Source: an uncultured Clostridia bacterium (lineage in GTDB: Bacteria > Bacillota > Clostridia > TANB77 > CAG-508). Taken from it: DNA of 64,000 nt. Made by a program: the position numbers and the translations under genes. The notes beneath the pieces are model-generated. The model had not been told where the DNA came from. It did not search any database and was given only the letters and a program-made list of their open reading frames with translations. Where the stretch lies: NCBI GenBank assembly GCA_944391865.1, contig CALXVD010000001.1, forward strand, positions 26,500 through 90,499, written 5' to 3'. This document shows positions 20,731-31,076 of the stretch, piece by piece (within the stretch, counting starts at the first letter, position 1; each line of letters opens with the position of its first letter).

Positions 20731-21762
20731 ATGAAACAAAAAATAATTGATACAATAAAAAAATATAATTTAATAGCAAACGGAGACAATGTTGTAATAG
20801 GTGTATCCGGAGGACCAGACTCTATTTGCTTATTACATGTATTAAATGAATTGAAAAACGAAATCGGATTTAATATATATGTAGCACATGTAAATCATAT
20901 GATTAGAAATGAAGCGGACGAAGAAACTAAATATGTAGAAAATATTTGTGAAAAATTAAAAATTAAATGTTTTGTAAAAAGAATAGATGTTTTAAAAATT
21001 GCAAATAATTTAAAAAGAGGAACAGAAGAAACAGGAAGGCAAATTAGGTACGAGTTCTTTAATGAAATTTTAGAAAAAACAAATTCAAATAAAATAGCAA
21101 CAGCGCATAACAATAATGACAAGATAGAAACCATAATTATGAACATTCTAAGAGGAAGCGGATTATCTGGACTTAAAGGAATTGAACCTATTAGAGATAA
21201 TAAATACATTAGACCATTAATTAATGTATCAAGAGAAGAAATAGAAGAATATTGTAAAATTCATAAATTAGAACCCAAAATAGACAAATCCAATAAAGAT
21301 AACATTTATACAAGAAATAAAGTTAGGAACATTGTGATTCCGTATATAAAAAAAGAATTTAATCCTAATATTATAAAGACATTAAATAGACTTTCAGAAG
21401 TGGCAACAGAAGAAAATGAATATATAAACAAAATCACAAAAGAAACATTCAATAAAATAAATGTAGGGACGTCTATCAGCCATCCTCAAATGCAGGAAAA
21501 TCACACATCCCACATCACACATCCCACTTCCATTGCCTTAGACCTAAAACAATTTAATAATCTTGAATTAGTAATAAAAAGAAGGTTAATATTATATACT
21601 ATTAATGAACTCTTAGGCACAACAGAAGGAATAGAAAAAATAAATATAGATGATATTATTAAACTTTGCAATAACAATATAGGTAATAAATATTTATCGC
21701 CTATAAAAAAATTAAAAGTGTTAATAAAAAGTAAAAAAATTTTTTTTATAGCGCTTAATTAA
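20731..21762 (+). CDS. tilS: tRNA(Ile)-lysidine synthetase (short C-terminus, repeat-derived insert)
   Basis: GVSGGPDS PP-loop, VAHVNH, ATAHNNND, RPL motifs. In-frame repeat-like insert at 21465..21537. Confidence 0.8.
   Translation: MKQKIIDTIKKYNLIANGDNVVIGVSGGPDSICLLHVLNELKNEIGFNIYVAHVNHMIRNEADEETKYVENICEKLKIKCFVKRIDVLKIANNLKRGTEETGRQIRYEFFNEILEKTNSNKIATAHNNNDKIETIIMNILRGSGLSGLKGIEPIRDNKYIRPLINVSREEIEEYCKIHKLEPKIDKSNKDNIYTRNKVRNIVIPYIKKEFNPNIIKTLNRLSEVATEENEYINKITKETFNKINVGTSISHPQMQENHTSHITHPTSIALDLKQFNNLELVIKRRLILYTINELLGTTEGIEKINIDDIIKLCNNNIGNKYLSPIKKLKVLIKSKKIFFIALN
21465..21537 (+). repeat. GTAGGG unit plus MITE pyrimidine-arm fragment, in frame inside tilS
   Basis: gtagggacgtctatc...aatcacacatcccacatcacacatcccacttcc, translated NVGTSISHPQMQENHTSHITHPTS. 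Confidence 0.6.
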
Positions 21763-21955
21763 CCTTCCGTAAGCAAAGCCTTGTTACACAAGGGATTGAA
21801 AGAAAAAAGTTTATAAAAAACTATTGTAATTAAAAAAACTATGTGTTATATTTCATACATAAAACGAGAAATAATATATGGGGGATATTGCTAATCCCCA
21901 TAGGACAACGAAAGGGTAAGATTTGTACCCATACATTAGAAAAAAGGAGAAAAAA

Positions 21956-23764
21956 ATGAAAAAAAGTATTAAAACATTAGCAATGTGGCTTATATTAGGT
22001 ATTATATTTATAGTATTAATATCTTCAATTATGGATAATGAACAAAATAAAATGACATATTCAGAACTGATGATAGCAGTAGATGCAGGAAAAATAGAAA
22101 ACATAGAACTATCTTCAGATGGAGCAAAGGCATATGTTACATTAAAAGGTAATACAAGAAGCGAAAAAGAAGTAAATATTCCAAGCTTAGATAGCTTTAT
22201 GGATAAAGTAAATCCATATTTAGTTGAAGGAAGCTTTACATTAGAAGAAAAATCACAATCAACTATAATCACAATTTTAAGTTTACTTTCTCCATTTGGA
22301 ATATTAATTATATTCTTTTTATTCTGGTTTTTACTTATGGGAAACTCACAAGGTGGGGCTGGAAACAAAACGATGTCTTTTGGAAAAAGCAGAGCAAGAA
22401 TGATGGGAACAACAGACAAAAGCAAAGTTACATTTGATGATGTAGCAGGTGTTGACGAAGAAAAAGAAGAATTACAAGAAATAGTTGAATTCTTAAAAAC
22501 ACCTAAAAAATTTACAGATATGGGTGCTAGAATTCCAAAAGGTGTTTTATTAGTAGGTAGCCCAGGTACAGGTAAAACATTACTTGCAAAAGCTGTTGCC
22601 GGAGAAGCTGGAGTTCCATTCTTTATAATAAGTGGTTCAGACTTCGTAGAAATGTTTGTTGGTGTTGGTGCATCAAGAGTAAGAGATTTATTTGAACAAG
22701 CAAAGAAAAACGCACCATGTATAATATTTATAGATGAAATAGATGCAGTAGGACGTCAAAGAGGAGCAGGACTTGGTGGAGGACATGACGAAAGAGAACA
22801 AACACTAAATCAATTACTTGTTGAAATGGACGGATTTGGAACAAATGAGGGCGTAATAGTACTTGCGGCAACAAATAGGCCAGACGTGTTAGATAAAGCA
22901 TTACTAAGACCAGGAAGATTTGATAGACAAATAGTAGTATCTGCACCAGACGTAAAAGCTAGAGAACAAATATTAGAAGTTCACAGTAGAAAGAAAAAGA
23001 TATCAGAAGATGTAGATTTAAAAACTATCGCAAAGAATACAGCAGGATTTGCAGGCGCAGACTTAGAAAATGTACTTAACGAGGCAGCACTTCTTGCAGC
23101 AAGAAGAGATAAAAAAGAAATAGGAATGGCCGAGATAGAAGATGCAATGATAAAAGTAACAATGGGACCAGAAAAGAAGAGCAGAGTGAGAAGTGAAAAA
23201 GAAAATAAATTAGTAGCATTCCATGAAGCAGGTCATGCTGTTGTAAGTAGATTCTTACCTACACAAGATACTATACATCAAATATCAATTGTACCACGTG
23301 GTATGGCTGGCGGATATACAATGTATAGACCAGATGAAGATAAAAACTTCATGTCAAAATCAGAAATGGAAGAAAATATAGTATCATTACTTGGTGGTAG
23401 AGTTGCAGAAAGTTTAGTGCTAGACGATATATCAACAGGTGCAAGTAATGATATAGAAAGAGCTACAAAAATAGCAAGAGACATGGTAACAAAATACGGA
23501 ATGAGTGAAAAACTAGGTACAATAACATTTGGATCAAACCAAGATGAAGTATTTTTAGGAAGAGATTTAGCACATGCAAAAGACTATAGCGAAGAAACAG
23601 CTGCTATGATAGATGAAGAAGTAAAAAGAATTATTGATACTGCGTACGTTACTGCAAGGCAAATCCTATCATCAAATATGGATAAATTAACAGCAGTTGC
23701 AGAAAGACTTTTAGAAAAAGAAAAAATAGACGGAGAAGAATTTGACGCAATATTTAATTCATAA
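21956..23764 (+). CDS. ftsH: ATP-dependent zinc metalloprotease FtsH
   Basis: Two TMs, Walker [14 protein letters not shown], Walker [37 protein letters not shown] zinc motif. aaggag RBS supports ATG 21956. Confidence 0.95.
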   Translation: MKKSIKTLAMWLILGIIFIVLISSIMDNEQNKMTYSELMIAVDAGKIENIELSSDGAKAYVTLKGNTRSEKEVNIPSLDSFMDKVNPYLVEGSFTLEEKSQSTIITILSLLSPFGILIIFFLFWFLLMGNSQGGAGNKTMSFGKSRARMMGTTDKSKVTFDDVAGVDEEKEELQEIVEFLKTPKKFTDMGARIPKGVLLVGSPGTGKTLLAKAVAGEAGVPFFIISGSDFVEMFVGVGASRVRDLFEQAKKNAPCIIFIDEIDAVGRQRGAGLGGGHDEREQTLNQLLVEMDGFGTNEGVIVLAATNRPDVLDKALLRPGRFDRQIVVSAPDVKAREQILEVHSRKKKISEDVDLKTIAKNTAGFAGADLENVLNEAALLAARRDKKEIGMAEIEDAMIKVTMGPEKKSRVRSEKENKLVAFHEAGHAVVSRFLPTQDTIHQISIVPRGMAGGYTMYRPDEDKNFMSKSEMEENIVSLLGGRVAESLVLDDISTGASNDIERATKIARDMVTKYGMSEKLGTITFGSNQDEVFLGRDLAHAKDYSEETAAMIDEEVKRIIDTAYVTARQILSSNMDKLTAVAERLLEKEKIDGEEFDAIFNS

Positions 23765-23777
23765 ACTGATTAAAAAA

Positions 23778-23801
23778 GGCGAACACTACTTGGTGTTCGC
23801 C
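23778..23801 (+). terminator. Rho-independent terminator of ftsH
   Basis: ggcgaacac-tactt-ggtgttcgcc stem. Confidence 0.7.
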
Positions 23802-23888
23802 TAAATTTATGTTTTTAACAGATTTATATTAGTCAACATTAAAATTATAAATTGATTAATATTTTGGCATTTTTTGCCACGGAAAAAG

Positions 23889-23917
23889 TTGACATAACAA
23901 GGAGAAAATGATATAAT
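23889..23917 (+). promoter_or_regulatory. Sigma-A-type promoter candidate
   Basis: TTGACA (23889) - 17 nt - TATAAT (23912). Confidence 0.55.
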
Positions 23918-23975
23918 GTTAAACGTAAAATTTATAACTTAAATAAGCGTAAATAAAAGGAGGAGTTTAATTATT

Positions 23976-25043
23976 ATGAAAAGCGGATTAAAATTAAAAG
24001 CTTTAATTGTATTATTAGTTTCACTAATGATTATACTAGCTAGTACAATGTGCTTTGCAACAGAGCAACCAACATTAAATAGTACTGAAACAAGTACAGA
24101 AGAAAAGGAAGATACAACACCAAGACTAAATAGCAAAGTATATTTTACTGGAAAAACATATAGTTTACCAAATATAAATTGGGTTAGAAAAGATTATGGA
24201 GAAGGGGAAGGATGTGGAATTATTAGCATAATTTCAAGAAGTGCTAAACATCCTGTATATGTATCTGGAGAAGGTTGGATTAATGCAGATCAAATAGTAA
24301 AAATAGAAGATTATATTACATTAAAATTTGATAGAGAAGAAGGATTAAGTTCTACATTTAAAATAAATGGTGAATTTCTAAATGTAGAAAGCACAAATAA
24401 TGCAGTTATGGATTATCAAAATGGAGAATTAGCTATAAAGGGAAATGGTACAGCACAAGTTAATATTACAACAAAGGATGGAGAAAATATCGAAGCATTA
24501 GCAACTGTTGTAGATAATGAAGTTACATTAAATATTCCCGAAGGAAAAGTTACAGGAGAAATATCAGCAGAAGCTGGGGTAGCAGATAAAGTAAAAGTTG
24601 AAACAGAAGGAAATGCAGCAATAGAATTAAACATAGATGAAGAAGGAGTTGGCGTTGCAGCAGAAGGAAACGGAGGAATTAAATTAGAAGCCGACGAAAA
24701 GGAAATAGTATCAGCAGAAGGAACAGGATCAGCTAGTGCATCAGCAGGAATAAATGGAGCATCAGCGGGAGCATCAGGAAGCCAATCATTAAGTTTATTG
24801 GAAAGATTAACACTTAAATTAACAGGAAGGGCAGAAGCAAGTGCAAGTAAAGAAGAGGCAGCAGCTTCAGCAGCTGGAGACATAACACTTAATGATAAAG
24901 AAATAGTATCTGGAGAAGTAGAAACATCACATGATTTTCAAGAAAATGAGCAGGAACCAGAAGAAAATACTAGTGTTGATACTCAAAGAGTTCCAGTATT
25001 AAGTTTCTTCGAAAAATTATTATCTAAAATAGCAGCTAGATAA
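23976..25043 (+). CDS. Secreted protein of unknown function with Ala/Gly/Glu-rich C-terminal half
   Basis: Signal peptide (LKALIVLLVSLMIILASTMCFA), RBS aaggagg, low-complexity AEG/SAS region. The antisense ORF 24416..24883 is a shadow. Confidence 0.5.
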   Translation: MKSGLKLKALIVLLVSLMIILASTMCFATEQPTLNSTETSTEEKEDTTPRLNSKVYFTGKTYSLPNINWVRKDYGEGEGCGIISIISRSAKHPVYVSGEGWINADQIVKIEDYITLKFDREEGLSSTFKINGEFLNVESTNNAVMDYQNGELAIKGNGTAQVNITTKDGENIEALATVVDNEVTLNIPEGKVTGEISAEAGVADKVKVETEGNAAIELNIDEEGVGVAAEGNGGIKLEADEKEIVSAEGTGSASASAGINGASAGASGSQSLSLLERLTLKLTGRAEASASKEEAAASAAGDITLNDKEIVSGEVETSHDFQENEQEPEENTSVDTQRVPVLSFFEKLLSKIAAR

Positions 25044-25175
25044 AAACAAATAAAAGATATCATCTCGAGCTAAAGTTCGCGGTGGTATTTTTTTGCAAAC
25101 ATTGACAAGTAAAAATAGAACAGATATAATCATAAAAAATGCACATAATATTATTATAAAATAGAGGAGAATTAA

Positions 25176-25961
25176 ATGAAAAAGGCTATAAATATAATTA
25201 TATTTTTCTTATTAAGTCTAGTAATTTTAACAACTTACGTAAGGGCAGAAGATGAAGCATGTAAAATAAGCATATCAGCCGATAAAACAACACTTGAGGC
25301 CGGAGATGAAGTAACAATAACATTGCTTATGTCTGAAGTAAACAAAACTAGTGGAATTTCACAGATACTATCCATATTAGAATATTCAGATGATATTTTT
25401 GAAATTATACCAGTAGAAGATTCAGAATTAGAAGCAAATCTTGCAGGTACAGAATTTGAAGGTTGTGAAATTATATATAGCGGAGGAAAAGATACAGATG
25501 CTACAATAAAAAATCCTTGGTATATATTATATATGGAAAACAACGGAGCAAAAGGAATATATGGTTCTACAACAGCAGATCCTCAAATAGAAACTCAGAT
25601 AATTGGAAAAATTAAATTAAAAGTTAAAGAAAACGTACAATCTACAAATGCAACAGTAGCATTAGTAGACAACGAAGTATTTGATGCGGAAACTATATCA
25701 AATGCAACATCTACGGAAGACTTAACAGGATTTAAAATTTCAGACTCTAAAATTGATTTGCAAATAAATGGAACAGCAGAAATAAACAACTCTACAACAG
25801 AAAATCAAACTCAAAAACAAAATAGTCCAGCACAAAAAGAAAATAATGCAAAAAAAGAAATTCCATACACAGGAGTAGAAGAATTTGTTCCATTTATATT
25901 TATAACAATAATAGTTGCAACCCTTTTATATTTAGGTTATAAAAAGTATAAAGACATATAA
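25176..25961 (+). CDS. Cell-wall-anchored protein, cohesin-like N-terminal domain (tentative)
   Basis: Signal peptide. ISISADKTTLEAGDEVTITLLMSEV...ILEYSDDIFEII pattern. C-terminal IPYTG + TM + KKYKDI sorting-type signal. Confidence 0.45.
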   Translation: MKKAINIIIFFLLSLVILTTYVRAEDEACKISISADKTTLEAGDEVTITLLMSEVNKTSGISQILSILEYSDDIFEIIPVEDSELEANLAGTEFEGCEIIYSGGKDTDATIKNPWYILYMENNGAKGIYGSTTADPQIETQIIGKIKLKVKENVQSTNATVALVDNEVFDAETISNATSTEDLTGFKISDSKIDLQINGTAEINNSTTENQTQKQNSPAQKENNAKKEIPYTGVEEFVPFIFITIIVATLLYLGYKKYKDI

Positions 25962-25998
25962 AAATGTTAATGTTCAGACTAAAATTTAATTTACAAAC

Positions 25999-26030
25999 CG
26001 TAGGGGGCGGACCTTGTGTCCGCCCGCAAA
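25999..26030. repeat. GTAGGG hairpin (REP-like) unit
   Basis: cgtagggggcggaccttgtgtccgcccgc. Confidence 0.8.
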
Positions 26031-26091
26031 ACTTTTTAATGAAAATTTATAAATTTTCATTAAATTAAATATTATTTTAATATTAAGATAA

Positions 26092-26668
26092 TCAATTAGC
26101 TTTTTTTGATATAAAATCTTTTAAAACATTTATAAGTTGAACTTTTTCTACTGCTTGAACTTTTTTAGATAAACTTTCAGCGGTTTCATCTTTAGAAAGT
26201 TCAACCTTTGTTTGAGCTATAATATTTCCCTCATCATATTTATCATTTACAAAATGTACAGTAGGACCGCTGTACTTTTCTTTTGCCTCAACAACAGATT
26301 TATGCACATTCATACCATACATACCCTTTCCTCCAAATCTAGGAAGAAGAGAAGGGTGTGTATTAATTATAGTGTAATCATTTACTAACCTTTTTCCAAT
26401 TAATTTTAAATAACCAACTAAAACAATTAAATCAACATCATAATTTTTAAGTAGATTTGATAATTCAATATCTATTTCTTCAGTTGTTTTATTTTTAATA
26501 ATATATGTAGGAATATTGCTTTTTTTTGCCCTTTCCAAAGCATAAGCATCCTTGTTATCAGAAACAACCAAATTAATCTTAGCCTTTAAATCACCTTTAT
26601 TTATGCTATCTATTATAGCTTGCAAAGTTGTACCATTTCCGAGAAGCAAACAAAACCAAATTATACAT
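26092..26668 (-). CDS. purN: Phosphoribosylglycinamide formyltransferase, requires a +1 shift at CGG 26641 (codon 10)
   Basis: ggaggt RBS + ATG 26668 gives MYNLVLFAS, then CGG. The +1 frame reads GNGTTLQAIIDS (family SG.G.NLQAI motif), continuing NTHPSLLP. Restored length 191 aa. Confidence 0.85.
26638..26641 (-). other. In-frame CGG, putative +1 recoding site (TCT CGG A)
   Basis: 0-frame reads RKWYNFASYNR*. The +1 frame is the whole PurN body. Confidence 0.6.
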
Positions 26669-26715
26669 AATTAAACCTCCCAACATAACGCCATCATTAT
26701 AACATCATAAAAAAA

Positions 26716-26859
26716 TAAATTCAAATTGGAATTTGTATTTGTGAGGTGAGAGGTGCGAAGTGTGAGGTGTGCTTTTTAGGGTTAGGCTACGTAAGGCTTA
26801 CCCTAATTTCACACTTCCCACATCCCACTTCTCACTTCTCAGATAAATTCCAATTTAAT
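26716..26859 (-). repeat. MITE-like palindromic repeat, copy B (inverted orientation, with AATTGGAATTT terminal inverted repeats)
   Basis: aaattcaaattggaatttg...gtgaggtgagaggtgcgaagtgtgaggtgtgcttttt...cacacttcccacatcccacttctcacttctcag...aaattccaattt. Confidence 0.85.
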
Positions 26860-26984
26860 TAACAATTATTGATAAAAAATGAAGCAAGAAAAAAATGTCA
26901 ATTTTTAAAAAAGTATGTACATTTTTAGAAATTACAATTATAATAAAAGTATGTTTATGTTTAAAACGGATGGAGGAACTTTTA

Positions 26985-28406
26985 ATGTCTGAAAATGTTA
27001 AAGAAGAATGTGGTATATTTGGAGTATATTCAAAAAGACCAGAAAAACTTGCATATATAACATGTGTAGGATTATCTGGTTTGCAACACAGAGGAGAAGA
27101 AAGCTGTGGAATTGCAGTAAACACAGATGGTGTAATTTCTTATCATAAAGACCAAGGTTTGGTATCAGAAGTATTTACAAATGAAGTGCTAGATAATTTG
27201 CCAGCTGGAAATATGTCTATAGGACATGTAAGATACTCTACTACCGGAGCAGCAAAAAAAGAAAATGCTCAACCAATGGTAATAAGGCATAAAAAAGGAA
27301 ATTTAGCAGTTGCACACAATGGAAATATAACAAATGCAATGGAGTTAAAACAGGGGTTAGAAGATAATGGAGCAATATTTACAACCACAAACGATACAGA
27401 AGTAATATGCCATATAATAGTAAGAGAAAGATTAAAAGCAAAATCTACAGAAGAGGCAATAGCAAATACAATGAAAGTTTTAAGAGGAGCATATTCATTA
27501 GTAATAATGTCACCTCAAAAATTAATTGCAGCAAGAGATCCACAAGGTTTTAAACCTTTATGTATGGGAAAATTAGGAGAAGATATTATATTTGCATCCG
27601 AAAGTTGTGCATTAGATATATGCGGAGCAGAATTTATCAGGGATGTAAAACCAGGAGAAATAATAGTTGTAAAAGATGGAAAAATTACATCTATTGATTA
27701 TGACAGTAAAGAAAAAAAAGGAATGTGTGTATTCGAATATATATATTTTGCAAGACCAGATTCAATACTAGAAGGGATGTCAGTACACGAGTTTAGAGAA
27801 AAAGCAGGAAGATACCTTGCAAAACAAATGCCAGTAGATGCAGATATTGTAGCTGCTGTTCCAGATTCTGGAGTAGATGCGGCACTTGGTTATTCAAAGG
27901 AATCAAAAATACCATATGACTTAGTTTTTACAAAAAGCAAATATATAGGAAGAACATTTATACAAAATACTCAAAATAAAAGAAAAAAATTAGTAGCGTT
28001 AAAACTTAATCCATTAAAGAATAGTATTAGGGGCAAGCGAATAGTATTAATTGATGACTCAATAGTAAGAGGAAACACATTAGCAGGAATAGTAAAGACA
28101 CTTAGAAAATCAGGAGCAAAGGAAATACATTTAAGAATAGCTTCACCTGCATTTATAGATATTTGCTATTTTGGAACAGATATAGATGATAAAGAAAGTT
28201 TAATTGCAAACGGAAGAACTGTAGAAGAAATAAGACAAATTATAGGAGCAGATACTTTAGAGTATTTAAGTATTGAAAATTTAAAAGAAATAACAAAAGG
28301 ATGCAACATGGAAGATTTCTGCATGGGATGCTTTACAGGTAAATATCCAATAGAAGTTCCAAAAGAAATTAAAAAGGATAGATTTGAAGAAAAAATAAAA
28401 AAATAG
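26985..28406 (+). CDS. purF: Amidophosphoribosyltransferase
   Basis: MSENVKEECGIFGVY (N-terminal nucleophile Cys after a short propeptide), RGEESCGI, PRPP loop VLIDDSIVRGNT, C-terminal Cys ligands. ggagga RBS 8 nt before ATG 26985. Confidence 0.9.
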   Translation: MSENVKEECGIFGVYSKRPEKLAYITCVGLSGLQHRGEESCGIAVNTDGVISYHKDQGLVSEVFTNEVLDNLPAGNMSIGHVRYSTTGAAKKENAQPMVIRHKKGNLAVAHNGNITNAMELKQGLEDNGAIFTTTNDTEVICHIIVRERLKAKSTEEAIANTMKVLRGAYSLVIMSPQKLIAARDPQGFKPLCMGKLGEDIIFASESCALDICGAEFIRDVKPGEIIVVKDGKITSIDYDSKEKKGMCVFEYIYFARPDSILEGMSVHEFREKAGRYLAKQMPVDADIVAAVPDSGVDAALGYSKESKIPYDLVFTKSKYIGRTFIQNTQNKRKKLVALKLNPLKNSIRGKRIVLIDDSIVRGNTLAGIVKTLRKSGAKEIHLRIASPAFIDICYFGTDIDDKESLIANGRTVEEIRQIIGADTLEYLSIENLKEITKGCNMEDFCMGCFTGKYPIEVPKEIKKDRFEEKIKK

Positions 28407-28415
28407 GAGGCTAAA

Positions 28416-28896
28416 ATGGCTTGTTCATGTGGAAATGATAAAGATGAAACAATGCAAAAAATACTAGAAATATATACAAAAGATAAAAGTAATTTAATAC
28501 AAATATTAAATGAAGTTCAAGAACATTATGGATATATACCAAAGCACGCTCAAGTTGCAATTTCAGAGTATTTAAATATTCCTCTTGCAGAAATATATGG
28601 AGTAATTACATTTTATGCAAGATTTACTTTAAAACCAAAAGGAAAATATAATGTAGCAGTGTGCTTAGGAACTGCATGTTTTGTAAAAGGTTCTGAAAAA
28701 GTATTAGAAAAAGCAAAAGATATTCTAAAAATAGATGTAGGAGAAACAACTCCTGATGGTAAATTTTCATTAGAATCAACGAGATGTATTGGAGCATGTC
28801 GGTCTTGCCCCTGTATTTACAGTAAATGATGAAGTATATGGGAAAGCAACACCAGAACTAATGGCTAAAGTATTAGAAGAATACAAAAACAAATAG
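28416..28896 (+). CDS. NuoE-like [2Fe-2S] subunit of bifurcating [FeFe]-hydrogenase (HydC/HndA type), requires a +1 shift at CGG 28800
   Basis: VAVCLGTAC...RCIGAC then CGG. The +1 frame reads GLAPVFTVNDEVYGKATPELMAKVLEEYKNK*. Restored length 159 aa. Confidence 0.8.
28800..28803 (+). other. In-frame CGG, putative +1 recoding site (TGT CGG T -> Gly GGT)
   Basis: The +1 frame restores the conserved C.GACGLAPV motif. Confidence 0.6.
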
Positions 28897-28897
28897 A

Positions 28898-28990
28898 TGT
28901 AGGCACGGAATCTATTTCCACCCGTAAAAAAGATACCTTGTGCAATTAAATTGCAGATGTGTAGGGGCAGGCCTTGCGTCTGCCCGTATG
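28898..28990. repeat. Two GTAGG(G) hairpin (REP-like) units
   Basis: gtaggcacggaatctatttccacccgt and tgtaggggcaggccttgcgtctgcccg. Confidence 0.7.
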
Positions 28991-29037
28991 AAAAATAAAT
29001 TGAAAGATTTATTGTATAATAAAAATAGGAGGTCAAA

Positions 29038-30896
29038 ATGAAATCCCTAGAAGAAATTAAAAAAATAAGAGAAGAAAAAAGAAAAGAATTAGATTTACGT
29101 GTTAATCTAAAGGCAAATACTAGAGAAAAACATATTTTAGTATGCCATGGAACTGGTTGTACATCTTCTAAATCTCCTAAAATTATTGAAAATTTTAGAA
29201 AATTAATTAAAGAGAAAAAAATAGAAAATGTAAGAGTTATTCAAACAGGGTGCTTTGGGCTTTGTGCAAAGGGCCCTATTGTCATAATTAGGCCAGAAGA
29301 TACATTCTATGCTACTGTTAAACCCGAAGATTGCGAAGAAATTATAAATACACATATACTAGAAGGCAAAGTAGTAGAAAGATTGCTTTGTAAAGACATA
29401 GATAACACAGTAGTTCAAAGATTAGATAAACTTAACTTTTATAAAAAACAAAAGAGAATAGCACTTAAAAATTGTGGAATTATAGACCCAGAAAACATAG
29501 ATGAATACATAGCATTTGATGGATATAAAGCATTAGAAAAAGTATTATTTGAAATGACACCAGATAAAGTAATAAATGAAATAACAGAATCAGGACTTCG
29601 TGGTAGAGGCGGAGCAGGATTCCCAACAGGCAAGAAGTGGTATTTTGCAAAAATTGCAGAAGGAGATCAAAAATATGTAGTATGCAATGCAGATGAAGGA
29701 GATCCAGGAGCATTCATGGATAGGAGCATTTTAGAAGGCGATCCACATTCAGTAATAGAAGCTATGATGATTGCAGGGTATGCCATAGGAGCAGACAAAG
29801 GATACATTTATGTAAGGGCAGAATATCCTATAGCTGTACAAAGATTTAGAATTGCAATAGAGCAGGCAAAAGAATACGGAATACTTGGAAAAAATATTTT
29901 TGGAACAAATTTTAACTTCGACCTAGAAATTAGACTTCGGAGCAGGAGCATTTGTATGTGGAGAAGAAACAGCTTTGCTAGAATCAATAGAAGGAAGAGC
30001 AGGAAGGCCAAGATTAAAACCACCATATCCAGCAAATTCTGGATTATGGGGGAAACCAACTTTAATTAACAATGTAGAAACATATGCAAATATTACAAAA
30101 ATTATATTAAATGGGGCAAAATGGTATAGCTCAATAGGAACAGCAAATTCTAAAGGAACAAAAGTATTTGCGTTAGGCGGAAATGTTGTAAATGTAGGAC
30201 TTGTAGAGGTACCAATGGGAACGACTCTTCGAGAAATAGTATTTGATATAGGTGGAGGAATTCCGGGAGGACATAAATTTAAAGCTGCACAAACAGGAGG
30301 ACCTTCTGGCGGATGTATACCATTTGAACATTTAGATACACCAATAGACTATGAATCACTTGCGCAAATTGGTTCAATGATGGGGTCAGGACGGACTAAT
30401 TGTTATGGATGACACAAAATGTATGGTAAACCTTGCTAAATTTTATTTAGGATTTACAGTTGATGAGTCTTGTGGAAAGTGTACACCTTGTAGGATTGGT
30501 ACAAAAAGGATGTTAGAAATTTTGGAGAAAATTACAGAAGGAAATGGAGAAACAGAGGATTTAGAAAAACTAGAAAGGCTTGCAAAAACAATACAAAAAG
30601 CTTCTGTATGTGGACTAGGACAGACAGCACCAAACCCAGTACTTAGCACAATGAAATATTTTAGAGATGAATATGTAGCACATATAAGAGATAAAAAATG
30701 CCCTGCAAATGAATGTAAAGCATTAAAAGCAATACAAATAGATCCAGAAAAGTGTAAAGGTTGTGGAATATGTAAAAAGAATTGCCCAGTAAATGCAATT
30801 ACAGGAGAAGTAAAACAGCCTCATAAGATAGATGAAGATATTTGTATTAAATGTGGTACTTGTGTAAGTAAATGCCCATTTAAAGCTATAAGCTAA
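29038..30896 (+). CDS. NuoF-like NAD(P)H/FMN/Fe-S subunit of bifurcating [FeFe]-hydrogenase (HydB/HndC type), requires two +1 shifts (CGG 29938, 30392)
   Basis: N-terminal thioredoxin-like 2Fe-2S (VCHGTGC...CFGLCAKGP), [25 protein letters not shown] (restored), [10 protein letters not shown]-terminal 2x[4Fe-4S] ([24 protein letters not shown]). Restored length 618 aa. Confidence 0.85.
29938..29941 (+). other. In-frame CGG, putative +1 recoding site (CTT CGG A)
   Basis: 0-frame reads [12 protein letters not shown]. The +1 frame reads [19 protein letters not shown]. Confidence 0.65.
30392..30395 (+). other. In-frame CGG, putative +1 recoding site (GGA CGG A)
   Basis: 0-frame reads RTNCYG*. 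The +1 frame reads [12 protein letters not shown]. Confidence 0.65.
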
Positions 30897-31013
30897 AACA
30901 AATGAAAAACATCGCATTGCGTTGTTAAACTTCATAAAAATTTTTTCGATATACAGCGTATAATCTCAAAAATTTTTATTTGTTTGCCTAGCACTGCTCG
31001 TTTTTGATTTGTT
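30897..31013. repeat. Long imperfect palindrome (arms about 45 nt), followed by a GTAGGG unit at 31029..31060
   Basis: aacaaatgaaaaacatcgcattgcg...ataaaaattttt / aaaaatttttat...gcactgctcgtttttgatttgtt. Confidence 0.65.
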
Positions 31014-31076
31014 TCAATAAATAAACCTGTAGGGGTTGCCGCCCTCGGCGACCCGAAAAACGAAAGGAGAAACAAA

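Noticed and set aside
21763-21955. Possible riboswitch or structured leader upstream of ftsH (hairpins atgggga...tccccat and gggta...taccc)
   Set aside because: Only two short stems, and no resemblance to a riboswitch class I can recognise by eye. Insufficient support.
26895-26984. N-terminal extension of purF (track ORF start 26895) containing an in-frame CGG at 26967 with no frameshift
   Set aside because: The extension overlaps promoter and repeat-flank DNA and has no RBS. ggagga lies 8 nt before ATG 26985, which places the nucleophile Cys of CGIFG after a short propeptide, as expected for PurF. The CGG is therefore most likely untranslated.
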